Part shown: piece after piece, positions 55,391 through 64,000 of the stretch | Layout: the number at the start of each line of letters is the position of its first letter | Position numbering within the stretch: position 1 is the stretch's first letter | Source: an uncultured bacterium | Lineage (GTDB): Bacteria; Patescibacteriota; Dojkabacteria; J137 | NCBI GenBank assembly: GCA_963700155.1 | Contig: OY969472.1 | Location: 253,511 to 317,510, forward strand | Length of the DNA: 64,000 nucleotides | Direction: 5' to 3' | The notes under the pieces: model-generated | Databases searched by the model: none | What the model was told of the DNA's origin: nothing | What the model saw: only the letters and a program-made list of their open reading frames with translations | Translations under genes and position numbers: made by a program

Positions 55391-55858
55391 TTATTCTTCA
55401 ACGCTTCCACCAGCTTTTTCTATTGCTGCCTTTGCTGCTTTAGAAGTTTTAATTCCAGAAACTTTTAGTTTAGCCTTTATCTCTTTATCAAAAAGAATCT
55501 TTGGTAGAACTTTCTTACTAAACTTTGGAGTTACTAATCCAAATTTTACTAAAGTTCCCAAATTTATGTCGTTTAGTTTATTTTCAACTGCTGCAGATTC
55601 AACCATACTTAATTTTACTGCCTGAGATCTAATAGAAGAAGTAATAAACCCTCTAGAAAAACCTTTATATTTTGGAAGTCTTCTTGAAATTGGGTTTTGT
55701 CCTCCTTCAAATCCTCTTCTTGGATATTGATATCCAGATCTAGCAGTAGCTCCTTTTAGACCTCTACCAACAGTATGTCCTCCAACTCCTGAGCCCATAC
55801 CTCTTCCAAGTCTCTTGGACTTTTTTGTAGTTTTTGGTGATGGTAAATTATTTATCAT
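55391..55858 (-). CDS. rplO: 50S ribosomal protein L15
   Basis: RLGRGMGSG, FEGGQNP, AIEKAGG. Confidence 0.95.
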   Translation of the reverse strand: MINNLPSPKTTKKSKRLGRGMGSGVGGHTVGRGLKGATARSGYQYPRRGFEGGQNPISRRLPKYKGFSRGFITSSIRSQAVKLSMVESAAVENKLNDINLGTLVKFGLVTPKFSKKVLPKILFDKEIKAKLKVSGIKTSKAAKAAIEKAGGSVEE

Positions 55859-55884
55859 TTTCTACTTATTAATTTTCAAATTAA

Positions 55885-56433
55885 TTAAAGCCTGCTGCTC
55901 TTTAAGGACTCTAAAGCCTGTAAAGTTGCATAAGCATTTGTAATTTTATTATTACTTCCCATAATCTTTCCTAACATATCATTAATTCCAGCCACCTCTG
56001 CAACAATTCTCATTGATGACCCTGCTATGATTCCAGTTCCTGGAGCAGCAGGCTTTATCAATACTTTTGCTGCTTTAAATTTATGCAAAATATCATGAGG
56101 GATTGTATTTCCTTTTAGTGGGACCATAATCATTTTCTTTTTTGCAGATGCAGTTGCTTTTTCTTGAGCAGATTTTACATCATCACCTTTTCCAACTCCT
56201 ATACCTACTTTTCCTTTTCTATCACCTACTACAACAACAACACTCAACTTCATTCTTCGTCCACCTTTAAACATTTTAGAAACTCTTCTAATTGAGATAA
56301 TTTTACTTTCAAGTGAATCCTTGTCTTTTCGTGGAGCATCTTTCCTAGAATCTCTTCTGGATGTTCTTACTCTACTTGTATTCTTCTCAAGTCTTCTTTC
56401 TGGTCTTGTATTTTCTGGTTTATTATCGGACAT
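55885..56433 (-). CDS. rpsE: 30S ribosomal protein S5
   Basis: RVSKMFKGGR, VGIGVGK, PAAPGTGIIAG. Confidence 0.95.
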   Translation of the reverse strand: MSDNKPENTRPERRLEKNTSRVRTSRRDSRKDAPRKDKDSLESKIISIRRVSKMFKGGRRMKLSVVVVVGDRKGKVGIGVGKGDDVKSAQEKATASAKKKMIMVPLKGNTIPHDILHKFKAAKVLIKPAAPGTGIIAGSSMRIVAEVAGINDMLGKIMGSNNKITNAYATLQALESLKSSRL

Positions 56434-56460
56434 AAATTTTTTAAAAATCTATAATATTAT

Positions 56461-56811
56461 TTAAAACTTTAATCCAGCTTCTCTTGCTGCATCAGCAAGT
56501 GCTTTGACTCTTCCGTGATATTTAAATCCATTCCTATCAAATAAAACATTTGTTATTTTTGCTTTAACTGCTTTTTGTGCAATTTCTTTTCCAACTTCAG
56601 TAGCACTTTCAATCTTCTTCATCTTTGAGTTTAATTTCTCATCAGAAGCTGCTACTACAGTTTTATGAATGCTATCATCAACAATTTGTGCATAAATATG
56701 TTTATTAGATTTGAAAACAGTCATTCTTGGTCTTTCTGTATTACCATGGATGCTTTTTCTAATATGCATCTTCTTTCTTATTCTGTTTTGTACTTTTTTA
56801 TTTCGTGTCAT
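56461..56811 (-). CDS. rplR: 50S ribosomal protein L18
   Basis: RPRMTVFKSNKHIYAQ, FDRNGFKYHGRVKALAD. Confidence 0.95.
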   Translation of the reverse strand: MTRNKKVQNRIRKKMHIRKSIHGNTERPRMTVFKSNKHIYAQIVDDSIHKTVVAASDEKLNSKMKKIESATEVGKEIAQKAVKAKITNVLFDRNGFKYHGRVKALADAAREAGLKF

Positions 56812-56832
56812 TTCTTCAATTATAATTAATTA

Positions 56833-57384
56833 TTAAGCTCCTTTAGTTGATTTTCTTCTAACAACTTCATTTTTATATCTAATACCTTTTCCCTTATATG
56901 GTTCTGGTGGTCTAAATCCTCTTATCTTTGATGCTGTCTCACCAACTAATTGTTTATCAGCACCTTCAATAGTTAAACTAGTTTGATCTTGAACTGTTAT
57001 ACTGATTCCTTCTGGTGGTTCGTAGTTAATCTTATGGGAATATCCAACAGATAATACTAAGTTTTGCCCCTGCATTTCAGCTCTATATCCTATTCCAATA
57101 ATTTCAAGGCTTTTAGAAAATCCTTCAGTAACTCCCAGAATCATGTTATTTATTAATGTTCTATATAGTCCATGAAATGCTCTATTCTGCTTTGAATCAT
57201 TTGCTCTTTCTACTATTATCTGATTGCCATTCTGATTGAATTTGACACCTCTTTTTACAGATAGCTCAAGTTCACCTTTTGACCCCTTTACTTTAATTAA
57301 TTTATAACCAAAGTCGCCTCCATCTTGAATGTCAACTTTAACTCCTTCAGGTATTTGTATTGGTAATTTTCCTATCCTTGACAT
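56833..57384 (-). CDS. rplF: 50S ribosomal protein L6
   Basis: MSRIGKLPI, PEPYKGKGIRY. Confidence 0.96.
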   Translation of the reverse strand: MSRIGKLPIQIPEGVKVDIQDGGDFGYKLIKVKGSKGELELSVKRGVKFNQNGNQIIVERANDSKQNRAFHGLYRTLINNMILGVTEGFSKSLEIIGIGYRAEMQGQNLVLSVGYSHKINYEPPEGISITVQDQTSLTIEGADKQLVGETASKIRGFRPPEPYKGKGIRYKNEVVRRKSTKGA

Positions 57385-57402
57385 TGCTTTATTATCTTAT
57401 TC

Positions 57403-57795
57403 TTAAAATATATAGCAGAGGTATTCTCCTCCGACTTTTTGTTTTACAGCTTCATTACCAGAAATTACACCAACTGGAGTTGAAAATATTGCTACTCCCA
57501 ATCCATGTCTTACTGGCTTAATCTCTCTGTATCCAAAATATTTTCTAACTCCTGGTTTTGAAACTCTTTTTAAACCTGAGATTGCAGGTACTCCGTTTAC
57601 ATATCTTAAAGTTAAACTTAAAATATTTTGTGGTTCAGCTTTCTCTTCTGAGTAATCAGCAATGAATCCTTCTTCTTTTAAGATTTCTGCCAAAGAAACG
57701 AGCATTCTAGAAGAAGGCATACTTAATGTCTCTTCTTTTCTCTCTTGAGCATTTCTTATTCTTGTTAAAAAGTCTGAAATTAAGTCTGTAACCAT
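57403..57795 (-). CDS. rpsH: 30S ribosomal protein S8
   Basis: DFLTRIRNA, RVSKPG, GGEYLC. Confidence 0.96.
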   Translation of the reverse strand: MVTDLISDFLTRIRNAQERKEETLSMPSSRMLVSLAEILKEEGFIADYSEEKAEPQNILSLTLRYVNGVPAISGLKRVSKPGVRKYFGYREIKPVRHGLGVAIFSTPVGVISGNEAVKQKVGGEYLCYIF

Positions 57796-57834
57796 TTTTT
57801 AAATTTTAATTTCAAATAAATTATTAAAATAATA

Positions 57835-58047
57835 TTACCAGGTGATCTTTGTTACTCCAGGCAGTTCACCATTTAGGGCTCTCTGTCTAAAGCAAATTCT
57901 ACAGAGTTTAAATCTTCTGATATAACCTCTGGAACGACCGCAGATTGCACATCTGTTTCTAAATTTTACAGCTTTAAAACTACTATTTTTCTTTAGTAAT
58001 TTTACTGACTGTTTTTTGTTTTTTGCTATTTTTGCTTTATTTGCCAT
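57835..58047 (-). CDS. rpsN: 30S ribosomal protein S14 (zinc-binding type)
   Basis: RCAICGR..LCRICFR, GELPGV. Confidence 0.95.
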   Translation of the reverse strand: MANKAKIAKNKKQSVKLLKKNSSFKAVKFRNRCAICGRSRGYIRRFKLCRICFRQRALNGELPGVTKITW

Positions 58048-58058
58048 ACGTAACGCGA

Positions 58059-58067
58059 ATTATATCA
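58059..58067 (-). promoter_or_regulatory. Candidate internal extended -10 promoter before rpsN
   Basis: TGaTATAAT 11 nt upstream of the rpsN ATG. Confidence 0.5.
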
Positions 58068-58088
58068 TTATTAACTATCATATTAAAG

Positions 58089-58649
58089 TTAAGACTCTCG
58101 TCTTTTGCTTTTCTCAAAAGGCATTCCTAGCTTTTCTAGGAGTACTCTTCCTTCTTCATTTGTATTTGCTGATGTAACTATTACAATTTGCAAAGGTCTT
58201 ATTTTTACAAATGATGATGTATCTATTTCAGGAAAAATAGTATGTTCTCTAATTCCTAAAGTATAGTTTCCATGTTTATCAAACCCACTTAATGGAACTC
58301 CTCTAAAGTCTTTAATTCTAGGAATAGTTACATTTACTAATTTATATAAAAAGTCCCACATTCTCTCTTTTCTTAATGTTACTTTTAATCCATTTGGAGT
58401 TCCTATTCTTAACTTAAAGTTAGAAATAGCGGTTCTAGAATTAATAACAATAGGCTTTTGCCCAGTAATCTGAGCTATTGCTTCAGACATCTCATCTACA
58501 ACAGAACTATTATTATTAAATTCTTTTCCAATACCTACATTAACAATAATCTTTTTAATCGTTGGAACAGCCATCTTGTTCTTAATATTAAACTGTTTTT
58601 GTAATTCAGGTTGTATTTCTTTTGTGTATATATCTTTTAATTCACTCAT
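58089..58649 (-). CDS. rplE: 50S ribosomal protein L5
   Basis: ITGQKP, PRIKDFRG, IFPEID. Confidence 0.96.
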   Translation of the reverse strand: MSELKDIYTKEIQPELQKQFNIKNKMAVPTIKKIIVNVGIGKEFNNNSSVVDEMSEAIAQITGQKPIVINSRTAISNFKLRIGTPNGLKVTLRKERMWDFLYKLVNVTIPRIKDFRGVPLSGFDKHGNYTLGIREHTIFPEIDTSSFVKIRPLQIVIVTSANTNEEGRVLLEKLGMPFEKSKRRES

Positions 58650-58654
58650 ATTTT

Positions 58655-58996
58655 TTATAATTCTTTACCGGTTTTAGCTGATACTCTAGTTTTTTTTCCG
58701 GTTTTTTTATCAATAATAAATTTAACTTTTGTTGGCTTATCAGTTTTTGAATCAACAAGCATTACATTTGAGATATCAATTGGGACCTCCATCTCAACTT
58801 GTCCCCCCTCTACTCCTAACTGAGGATTTGCTTTCCTTGATCTTTTTACAACGTTAATTCCTTTAACGACAACTCTTTTATTTGTTATATTTGTTCTTTT
58901 TTTAGTTTTTGTAACAAATCTCAAAATCTCTCCTTTTTTCCCGGAGTCTTTTCCTGTAATGACTTGTACAATATCACCTACTTTTAGCTTTCTCAT
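58655..58996 (-). CDS. rplX: 50S ribosomal protein L24
   Basis: GDIVQVITGKDSGKKG, PIDISNV. Confidence 0.95.
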   Translation of the reverse strand: MRKLKVGDIVQVITGKDSGKKGEILRFVTKTKKRTNITNKRVVVKGINVVKRSRKANPQLGVEGGQVEMEVPIDISNVMLVDSKTDKPTKVKFIIDKKTGKKTRVSAKTGKEL

Positions 58997-58998
58997 AA

Positions 58999-59382
58999 TT
59001 ATAAAACCTCTGGTGCTAACGAAATTAATTTATTAAAACCTCTTTCTCTCAACTCTCTTGCTATTGGTCCAAAGATTCTAGTTCCCCTTGGCTCTTTATT
59101 TTCTTTATTAATTATTGCAACTGCATTCTCATCGAATTTAATGTATGAACCGTCTTTTCTTCTATGCTCTTTTGCAGTTCTAACAATTACGGCATGAACC
59201 ACATCTCCTTTTTTATATGCACTATTTGGCAATACTCTTCTAACAGATGCGCTTACAATGTCACCTATGTATCCAAATCTCTTATATGTTCCTCCTTTTG
59301 CATTACCAAGAATAGCAATGACAAGAAGTTCTTTGGCTCCTGTATTATCTGCAACTTTTACTTTAGACATTTTCTGAACCAT
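58999..59382 (-). CDS. rplN: 50S ribosomal protein L14
   Basis: [27 protein letters not shown]. Confidence 0.96.
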   Translation of the reverse strand: MVQKMSKVKVADNTGAKELLVIAILGNAKGGTYKRFGYIGDIVSASVRRVLPNSAYKKGDVVHAVIVRTAKEHRRKDGSYIKFDENAVAIINKENKEPRGTRIFGPIARELRERGFNKLISLAPEVL

Positions 59383-59383
59383 T

Positions 59384-59665
59384 TTATTCTGCTTTCTTTG
59401 TTACTTTAATAAATTTCCAAGTTTTTCTAGCTGAAACAGGTTTGCATTCCTGTATCAAGACTTCATCTCCTAAGGCAAAATCTTCGATTTTGCCTTCAAA
59501 ACCAGCTAAATAAGTCTTATGTGTTTTTATAATTTTTGCATAAATAGGATGAGGATATTTTCTCTCAACCCTAATTTTCATTGTTTTATCGTTAAGCTTT
59601 ACAAGAATTCCAACCAATTCTCTTGGCTTAGTCTTTACTGTTTTATTTTTTGCTTTTGTCATCAT
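59384..59665 (-). CDS. rpsQ: 30S ribosomal protein S17
   Basis: [19 protein letters not shown]; operon position. Confidence 0.92.
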   Translation of the reverse strand: MMTKAKNKTVKTKPRELVGILVKLNDKTMKIRVERKYPHPIYAKIIKTHKTYLAGFEGKIEDFALGDEVLIQECKPVSARKTWKFIKVTKKAE

Positions 59666-59683
59666 TTATTTTTAATTAAAGTT

Positions 59684-59950
59684 TTAATGATTATGAGCCT
59701 CAAAATGCTCTTTAGTTATTTTTCTTGCGATATCTTTTCTTAATTTTCTTATTAAAGATGTATTTGATTCACTACCAGATTTAACATCTAACATTAATTT
59801 CTGTAATTCGTTTTTCATTTCAATAACACTTTTTTCACTATTTGGTTTACCTGTTTTCTTTTTTACAGACTTTACAGGAGCAGACTTTTTCTTTGTTTCA
59901 TCTTCTACTTTTAATTCTGCTTTTTGATCTGCACTTTGTACTATAGCCAT
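59684..59950 (-). CDS. rpmC: 50S ribosomal protein L29 (divergent, N-terminal extension)
   Basis: IRKLRKDIAR; located between rplP and rpsQ. Confidence 0.85.
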   Translation of the reverse strand: MAIVQSADQKAELKVEDETKKKSAPVKSVKKKTGKPNSEKSVIEMKNELQKLMLDVKSGSESNTSLIRKLRKDIARKITKEHFEAHNH

Positions 59951-59971
59951 TTTTTAAATATTTAACTCAAA

Positions 59972-60379
59972 TTAATTCTTAGCAACAATTCTTGTTCTTA
60001 AAGATAATTTTCTTGAAGCTAATAATAAAGCCTCTCTCGAAACATCTTCTGGAAGACCTCCTATTTCAAATAAAATCCTTCCTGGTTTAATCACTGCTAC
60101 ATAATGATCAACATCTCCTTTTCCACTACCTCTAACAACTTCATCGCTTTTCTTTGTATAAGGCTTATGTGGGAAAACTTTGATCCAAAGTTTTCCTTTT
60201 CTGCTTGTATAGTTAACCATTGCTTTTCTTGCAGCTTCAATTTCTCTTGCTTTTAACCAACCTTTTTCTAAACTCTGAATTCCGAATTCTCCATATACAA
60301 CCTCAGAACCTCTTAGGTCGATTCCTCTCATCTTGCCTCTCATTTCTTTTTTATATTTTCTATTCTTTGGTTGTAACAT
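59972..60379 (-). CDS. rplP: 50S ribosomal protein L16
   Basis: MLQPK, IEAAR, GSGKG, PGRILFE. Confidence 0.96.
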   Translation of the reverse strand: MLQPKNRKYKKEMRGKMRGIDLRGSEVVYGEFGIQSLEKGWLKAREIEAARKAMVNYTSRKGKLWIKVFPHKPYTKKSDEVVRGSGKGDVDHYVAVIKPGRILFEIGGLPEDVSREALLLASRKLSLRTRIVAKN

Positions 60380-60446
60380 GACAATCCTTAACTAATTAAA
60401 ATTGCTTGTCATCCCGATAGAACTTTGTTCGTGTCGGGATTTCTTA

Positions 60447-61103
60447 TTAATCTATTGAATATGTATTTTTTTCTCCTTTATTTATCCATACTTTAATTCC
60501 ATGCTTTCCTGCGCCTGGAACTTGTGCTTCAACAAATGCATAATCCAAGTCTGCTCTCAAAGTATGTCTTGGAACGACTCCCCATTTTACTTTTTCAACT
60601 CTAGCTTGTTCAGCCCCTCTAATTCTTCCACCTACCCAGATTTGTATGCCTTTTACTAAGCCGGTATCTTTTGCAGCTTCCATTGCTTTTGAAGCAGCAA
60701 TTTTAGGATTAATTCTTCTTTCACACTGCATTGCTATGTTCTCAGCTACCAATTTAGCAACTGTATCTGGGTTTTTTACTTCAAATATCTTAATATCTAC
60801 TGCTTGCTTAAGCATTTTTGTTAATTCATCCTTCAAAGCATTAATTCCAGCTCCACCTCTTCCAATAACTACACCAGGTCTTGCTACACTTATTTCAATA
60901 ACTATTTTGTTAATCATTCTTTTAATAACGACAGATGCTACACCTGCAGATTTTAGCTTTCCTTCAACAAGCTTTCGGACTTGAATATCGCTCAAAAACT
61001 TATCAGCATATTCTTCTTTTGTTGCATACCATCTTGATTTCCAATTCTTATTTACTCCTAATCTGAAACCTATCGGATTTATTTTATGAGCTCCTCGAGC
61101 CAT
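60447..61103 (-). CDS. rpsC: 30S ribosomal protein S3
   Basis: KINPIGFRLG, RPGVVIGRGG, HTLRADLDY, GIKVWI. Confidence 0.96.
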   Translation of the reverse strand: MARGAHKINPIGFRLGVNKNWKSRWYATKEEYADKFLSDIQVRKLVEGKLKSAGVASVVIKRMINKIVIEISVARPGVVIGRGGAGINALKDELTKMLKQAVDIKIFEVKNPDTVAKLVAENIAMQCERRINPKIAASKAMEAAKDTGLVKGIQIWVGGRIRGAEQARVEKVKWGVVPRHTLRADLDYAFVEAQVPGAGKHGIKVWINKGEKNTYSID

Positions 61104-61145
61104 TTAAATTAATTAATAAATATTTTTAGCTGTCAATTATACCAA

Positions 61146-61613
61146 TTATTTGTTTTTTTTAGTACTCTTCTTTGCTTTTACTGTCTTAGTTTTTTCTACT
61201 TTTAATTCTTCTTTTTTTACTTCCTTTTTAATCTCAATTTTTTCTTTTTTAGATTTTGTAGTTTCAGATTTAATATCAGTTAAAACTACTGTAATATGAC
61301 AGTATTTTCTGTCAAAAAATTTTGATCTTCCCCTAGCTGCTCTGATTATTCTTCTTGTATTAAACTTTGTTTGTGGTCCTTTGCTTACATTAATCTCAGT
61401 TACATAAAGATCTTTCGGATCTAAATTATAATTGTTCTTTGCATTGGCCATTGCACTTTCAATAACTTTTTTTACATGCAAAGCTGTCCCTTTTCTCATA
61501 TAAGTCAATATAGCAACTGCTTCTTGAGCATTCATATTTCTTACCACATCAGCTGGAATTCTAGCTTTAATACTAGAGACTCCTATATTTTTTCCAGATG
61601 CTTTAATTTCCAT
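61146..61613 (-). CDS. rplV: 50S ribosomal protein L22 with Lys-rich tail
   Basis: SAMANAKNN, ARGR, HITVVL. Confidence 0.93.
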   Translation of the reverse strand: MEIKASGKNIGVSSIKARIPADVVRNMNAQEAVAILTYMRKGTALHVKKVIESAMANAKNNYNLDPKDLYVTEINVSKGPQTKFNTRRIIRAARGRSKFFDRKYCHITVVLTDIKSETTKSKKEKIEIKKEVKKEELKVEKTKTVKAKKSTKKNK

Positions 61614-61643
61614 CGTTTAAATCTTAATTTCTTATTAAATTAA

Positions 61644-61952
61644 TTATTCTGTTGCAACATGACCAGTTGATCCCATTGCTTTTGCAATCTTTCCTTTTTT
61701 ACTATGTCCAGTAAACTTTCGAGTCAATGAGAACTCTCCAAGTTTGTGACCAACCATTGATTCAGTAACAAAAACTCTAATAAAATATTTACCATTATGA
61801 ACATCAAAGTTTAATCCAACCATTTCTGGTGAGATGCTTGATCTTCTTGACCATGTTTTAATAGCAGTTCTATCTCCTGTATCTTTTGCATTTTTTACCT
61901 TTTTTTGTAATTTCGGATCAATAAATGGTCCTTTTTTTGAACTTCTTGACAT
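61644..61952 (-). CDS. rpsS: 30S ribosomal protein S19
   Basis: [22 protein letters not shown]. Confidence 0.96.
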   Translation of the reverse strand: MSRSSKKGPFIDPKLQKKVKNAKDTGDRTAIKTWSRRSSISPEMVGLNFDVHNGKYFIRVFVTESMVGHKLGEFSLTRKFTGHSKKGKIAKAMGSTGHVATE

Positions 61953-61962
61953 TTTTTAGTAA

Positions 61963-62826
61963 TTAAATAACATTTTTATAATTTTTAAATTTGTTCTTTT
62001 CTGCTCTTCTTCGAACAATGAATTTATTATTTAAATTCTTTCCTTTTCTTGTTCTTGTTCCAACCAAATTACCCCATCTGTCTTTCTTAGGTCCGCCGGT
62101 ACCGTGTCTACCACCTTTACCTTGTCCACCTCCATGAGGGTGCTTTATTGACATTGCGACTCCTCTAACTGATGGTCTTACTCCCATCCTTCTCTTTCTT
62201 CCAGCTTTTCCATATTTAACATTCTTTTGATCAGGATTACTTACTGTTCCAATTGTCGCATAACAATTCTCCTTAACCAACCTTATTTCTCCACTTGGCA
62301 TCTTTAATTGTACATAGCTTTTGTCGCCTCCCATTACTTGAACACTGGTACCGGCGGACCTTGCTATTAAAGCTCCTTTACCTGGCCACATTTCAACTGC
62401 ATGTACCATTGTTCCCTGTGGAATATTCTTTAATGGCAAAGCATTACCTGTAAGTACTTGTGCTTCTTCACCACTTAGTACATGATCTCCAACCTTTATT
62501 CCATCTGGTGCCAAAATGTATCTTCTTTCTCCATCAATATATTTTACTAAAGCAATAAAAGCTGTTCTATTTGGATCGTATTCTACTGTTTCAATCGTTC
62601 CCTGGACACCATGTTTATCTCTATTAAAATCAATTATTCTATATTGTTTCTTAACTCCAGCACCTCTATGTCTTACAGTAATTCTCCCTTGATTATTTCT
62701 TCCAGCATTCTTTTTTATATTTTTTACCAAAGGCATGTGAGGACCAGATTTTGACAATCCCGATTTATCAACCAAAATTGCATGTCTAACTCCTGCTGAT
62801 GTTGGTTTAAATGTTTTAAGTGCCAT
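61963..62826 (-). CDS. rplB: 50S ribosomal protein L2
   Basis: GRNNQGRITVRH, EYDPNRTA, VRGVAM, HPHGGG. Confidence 0.97.
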   Translation of the reverse strand: MALKTFKPTSAGVRHAILVDKSGLSKSGPHMPLVKNIKKNAGRNNQGRITVRHRGAGVKKQYRIIDFNRDKHGVQGTIETVEYDPNRTAFIALVKYIDGERRYILAPDGIKVGDHVLSGEEAQVLTGNALPLKNIPQGTMVHAVEMWPGKGALIARSAGTSVQVMGGDKSYVQLKMPSGEIRLVKENCYATIGTVSNPDQKNVKYGKAGRKRRMGVRPSVRGVAMSIKHPHGGGQGKGGRHGTGGPKKDRWGNLVGTRTRKGKNLNNKFIVRRRAEKNKFKNYKNVI

Positions 62827-62836
62827 ATTTATTTAC

Positions 62837-63112
62837 TTATTTTTCAAAAATATCGATTTTCCCATCGCTAATTTTAAATACTGCGATTTTTCTATCTTTT
62901 AATTTGGACATATATCTTGTAATTCTATTTCTCTTAACTTTTCCTAGTCTATTAATTATCCATACTTGACTTACTTTTACATCGTATGCTTTTTCTAAAG
63001 CTTGTTTTGAGTTAATTTTATTAGCCTTTGAATCAACTTCAAAAGTTGCCTTCTTTTCTTTTTTATATTGATCTATTGTTTTTTCAGTTATTACAGGTTT
63101 TTTTAATATCAT
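62837..63112 (-). CDS. rplW: 50S ribosomal protein L23
   Basis: PVITEK, FEVDSKANK; operon position. Confidence 0.92.
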   Translation of the reverse strand: MILKKPVITEKTIDQYKKEKKATFEVDSKANKINSKQALEKAYDVKVSQVWIINRLGKVKRNRITRYMSKLKDRKIAVFKISDGKIDIFEK

Positions 63113-63125
63113 TTTATTCAGTTAA

Positions 63126-63755
63126 TTACTTATTAAATTTTTCATTAATAAAATCTAATGCTTTTTGCTCGATTAAAACAGTTCCACTTGCTAAAAGCTC
63201 ATAAGGGTTTAATCTATTTACCATAATTATTTTTGCATTTTTTACATTTGAAAACGCATTTAATACATTTTCATTTTTATCTAATGTAACAATCATTAAT
63301 TTTTTTGGGTTTCCAAAATTTTGAACAACATCTAATGCCTGTTTAGTTAAACCACCTTCTTTAAATTTAATTTCATCAACAATTTTTACAATATCTTCTT
63401 TAAAGGCTTTAGAAAAAGCATTCTGTAAAGCTGATCTTCTAAAATTTTTAGTTGTCTTCTTTTTCCAGTTAACACCTGTAGTAGGACCAAAAGTAATTCC
63501 TCCACCTCTCCAAATAGGTGATCTAATTGAACCTGCTCTTGCTTTTCCAGTTCCTTTTTGTGCAAAAGGTTTTTTCCCTCCACCGCTTACTTGTGATCTG
63601 TCTTTTGTTTGAGCATTTCCTTGTCTTTGATTTGATTGATAAATATAAATATATTGAGCTAATACTTTATTATTTACCTTCCCATCCTCAGTAAAATCTT
63701 TTACTTCAATATCACTTACTTTCTTATTTTTTTGATTAAAAACATCAACTTTCAT
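63126..63755 (-). CDS. rplD: 50S ribosomal protein L4
   Basis: VSGGGKKPFAQKGTGKARAGSIRSPIWRGGGITFGP. Confidence 0.96.
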   Translation of the reverse strand: MKVDVFNQKNKKVSDIEVKDFTEDGKVNNKVLAQYIYIYQSNQRQGNAQTKDRSQVSGGGKKPFAQKGTGKARAGSIRSPIWRGGGITFGPTTGVNWKKKTTKNFRRSALQNAFSKAFKEDIVKIVDEIKFKEGGLTKQALDVVQNFGNPKKLMIVTLDKNENVLNAFSNVKNAKIIMVNRLNPYELLASGTVLIEQKALDFINEKFNK

Positions 63756-63761
63756 TTATTT

Positions 63762-64000
63762 TTATTCTTTTATTAATACATATGAATGTCTTGCTCCAGG
63801 GATTGATCCGCTTAATACTATTAATCCTTCTTTTGCATCAACCATTAAAACTTTTAAATTTTTTATAGTTTGAGTATCTGTTCCCATATGTCCCCCCATT
63901 CTTTTTCCTTTATATACTCTACCTGGTATTGTTCTATTTCCTATTGATCCTGGAGCTCTTTCTCTATCTGATTGACCATGTGTTCTCGGACCTCCGGCAA
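63762..64000 (-). CDS. rplC: 50S ribosomal protein L3 (C-terminal part; start outside window)
   Basis: Manual translation: GPRTHGQSDRERAPGSIGNRTIPGRVYKGKRMGGHMG...GSIPGARHSYVLIKE. Confidence 0.95.
   Translation of the reverse strand, partial: AGGPRTHGQSDRERAPGSIGNRTIPGRVYKGKRMGGHMGTDTQTIKNLKVLMVDAKEGLIVLSGSIPGARHSYVLIKE

Noticed and set aside
31897-63583. Remaining short overlapping ORFs (e.g. 31897-32217, 32266-32478, 38924-39151, 43894-44382, 48512-49310, 59164-59743, 60646-60984, 63386-63583)
   Set aside because: Fully nested in, or antisense to, well-supported genes and carry no motifs.

Overview
Very AT-rich (about 30% GC by eye) chromosomal window from a reduced-genome bacterium. The S10-spc cluster lacks rpmD (L30), housekeeping genes mostly lack Shine-Dalgarno sites and ORFans are dense, which fits Patescibacteria/CPR (inference). 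The right end carries rplC (partial) through rplO, secY and map. Other housekeeping loci are leuS, pheT, typA, recO, recX, an RluA-family synthase, two tandem lepB, htpX, sufC, tRNA-Pro(CGG), RNase P RNA (missed by the ORF track) and a truncated type I R-M hsdM at the left edge. No CRISPR array, transposase, integrase or reverse transcriptase was seen. The most notable observations are: (1) a 750-aa fusion of a Ham1/ITPase with a GMP-reductase/IMPDH-like barrel; (2) a LeuRS with two inserted enzyme domains (Nudix and nucleotidyltransferase); (3) a strong promoter with a boxB/boxA-like structured 250-nt leader ahead of three tiny, possibly paralogous genes split by a terminator; (4) three GC-elevated, SD-led, hairpin-rich small-gene cassettes; (5) a 34-bp perfect palindrome with an 11-bp-phased repeat array upstream of an RHH-like gene; (6) a 32-bp duplicated promoter bracketing two ORFans. 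All protein calls come from motif recognition by eye; no database search was run.
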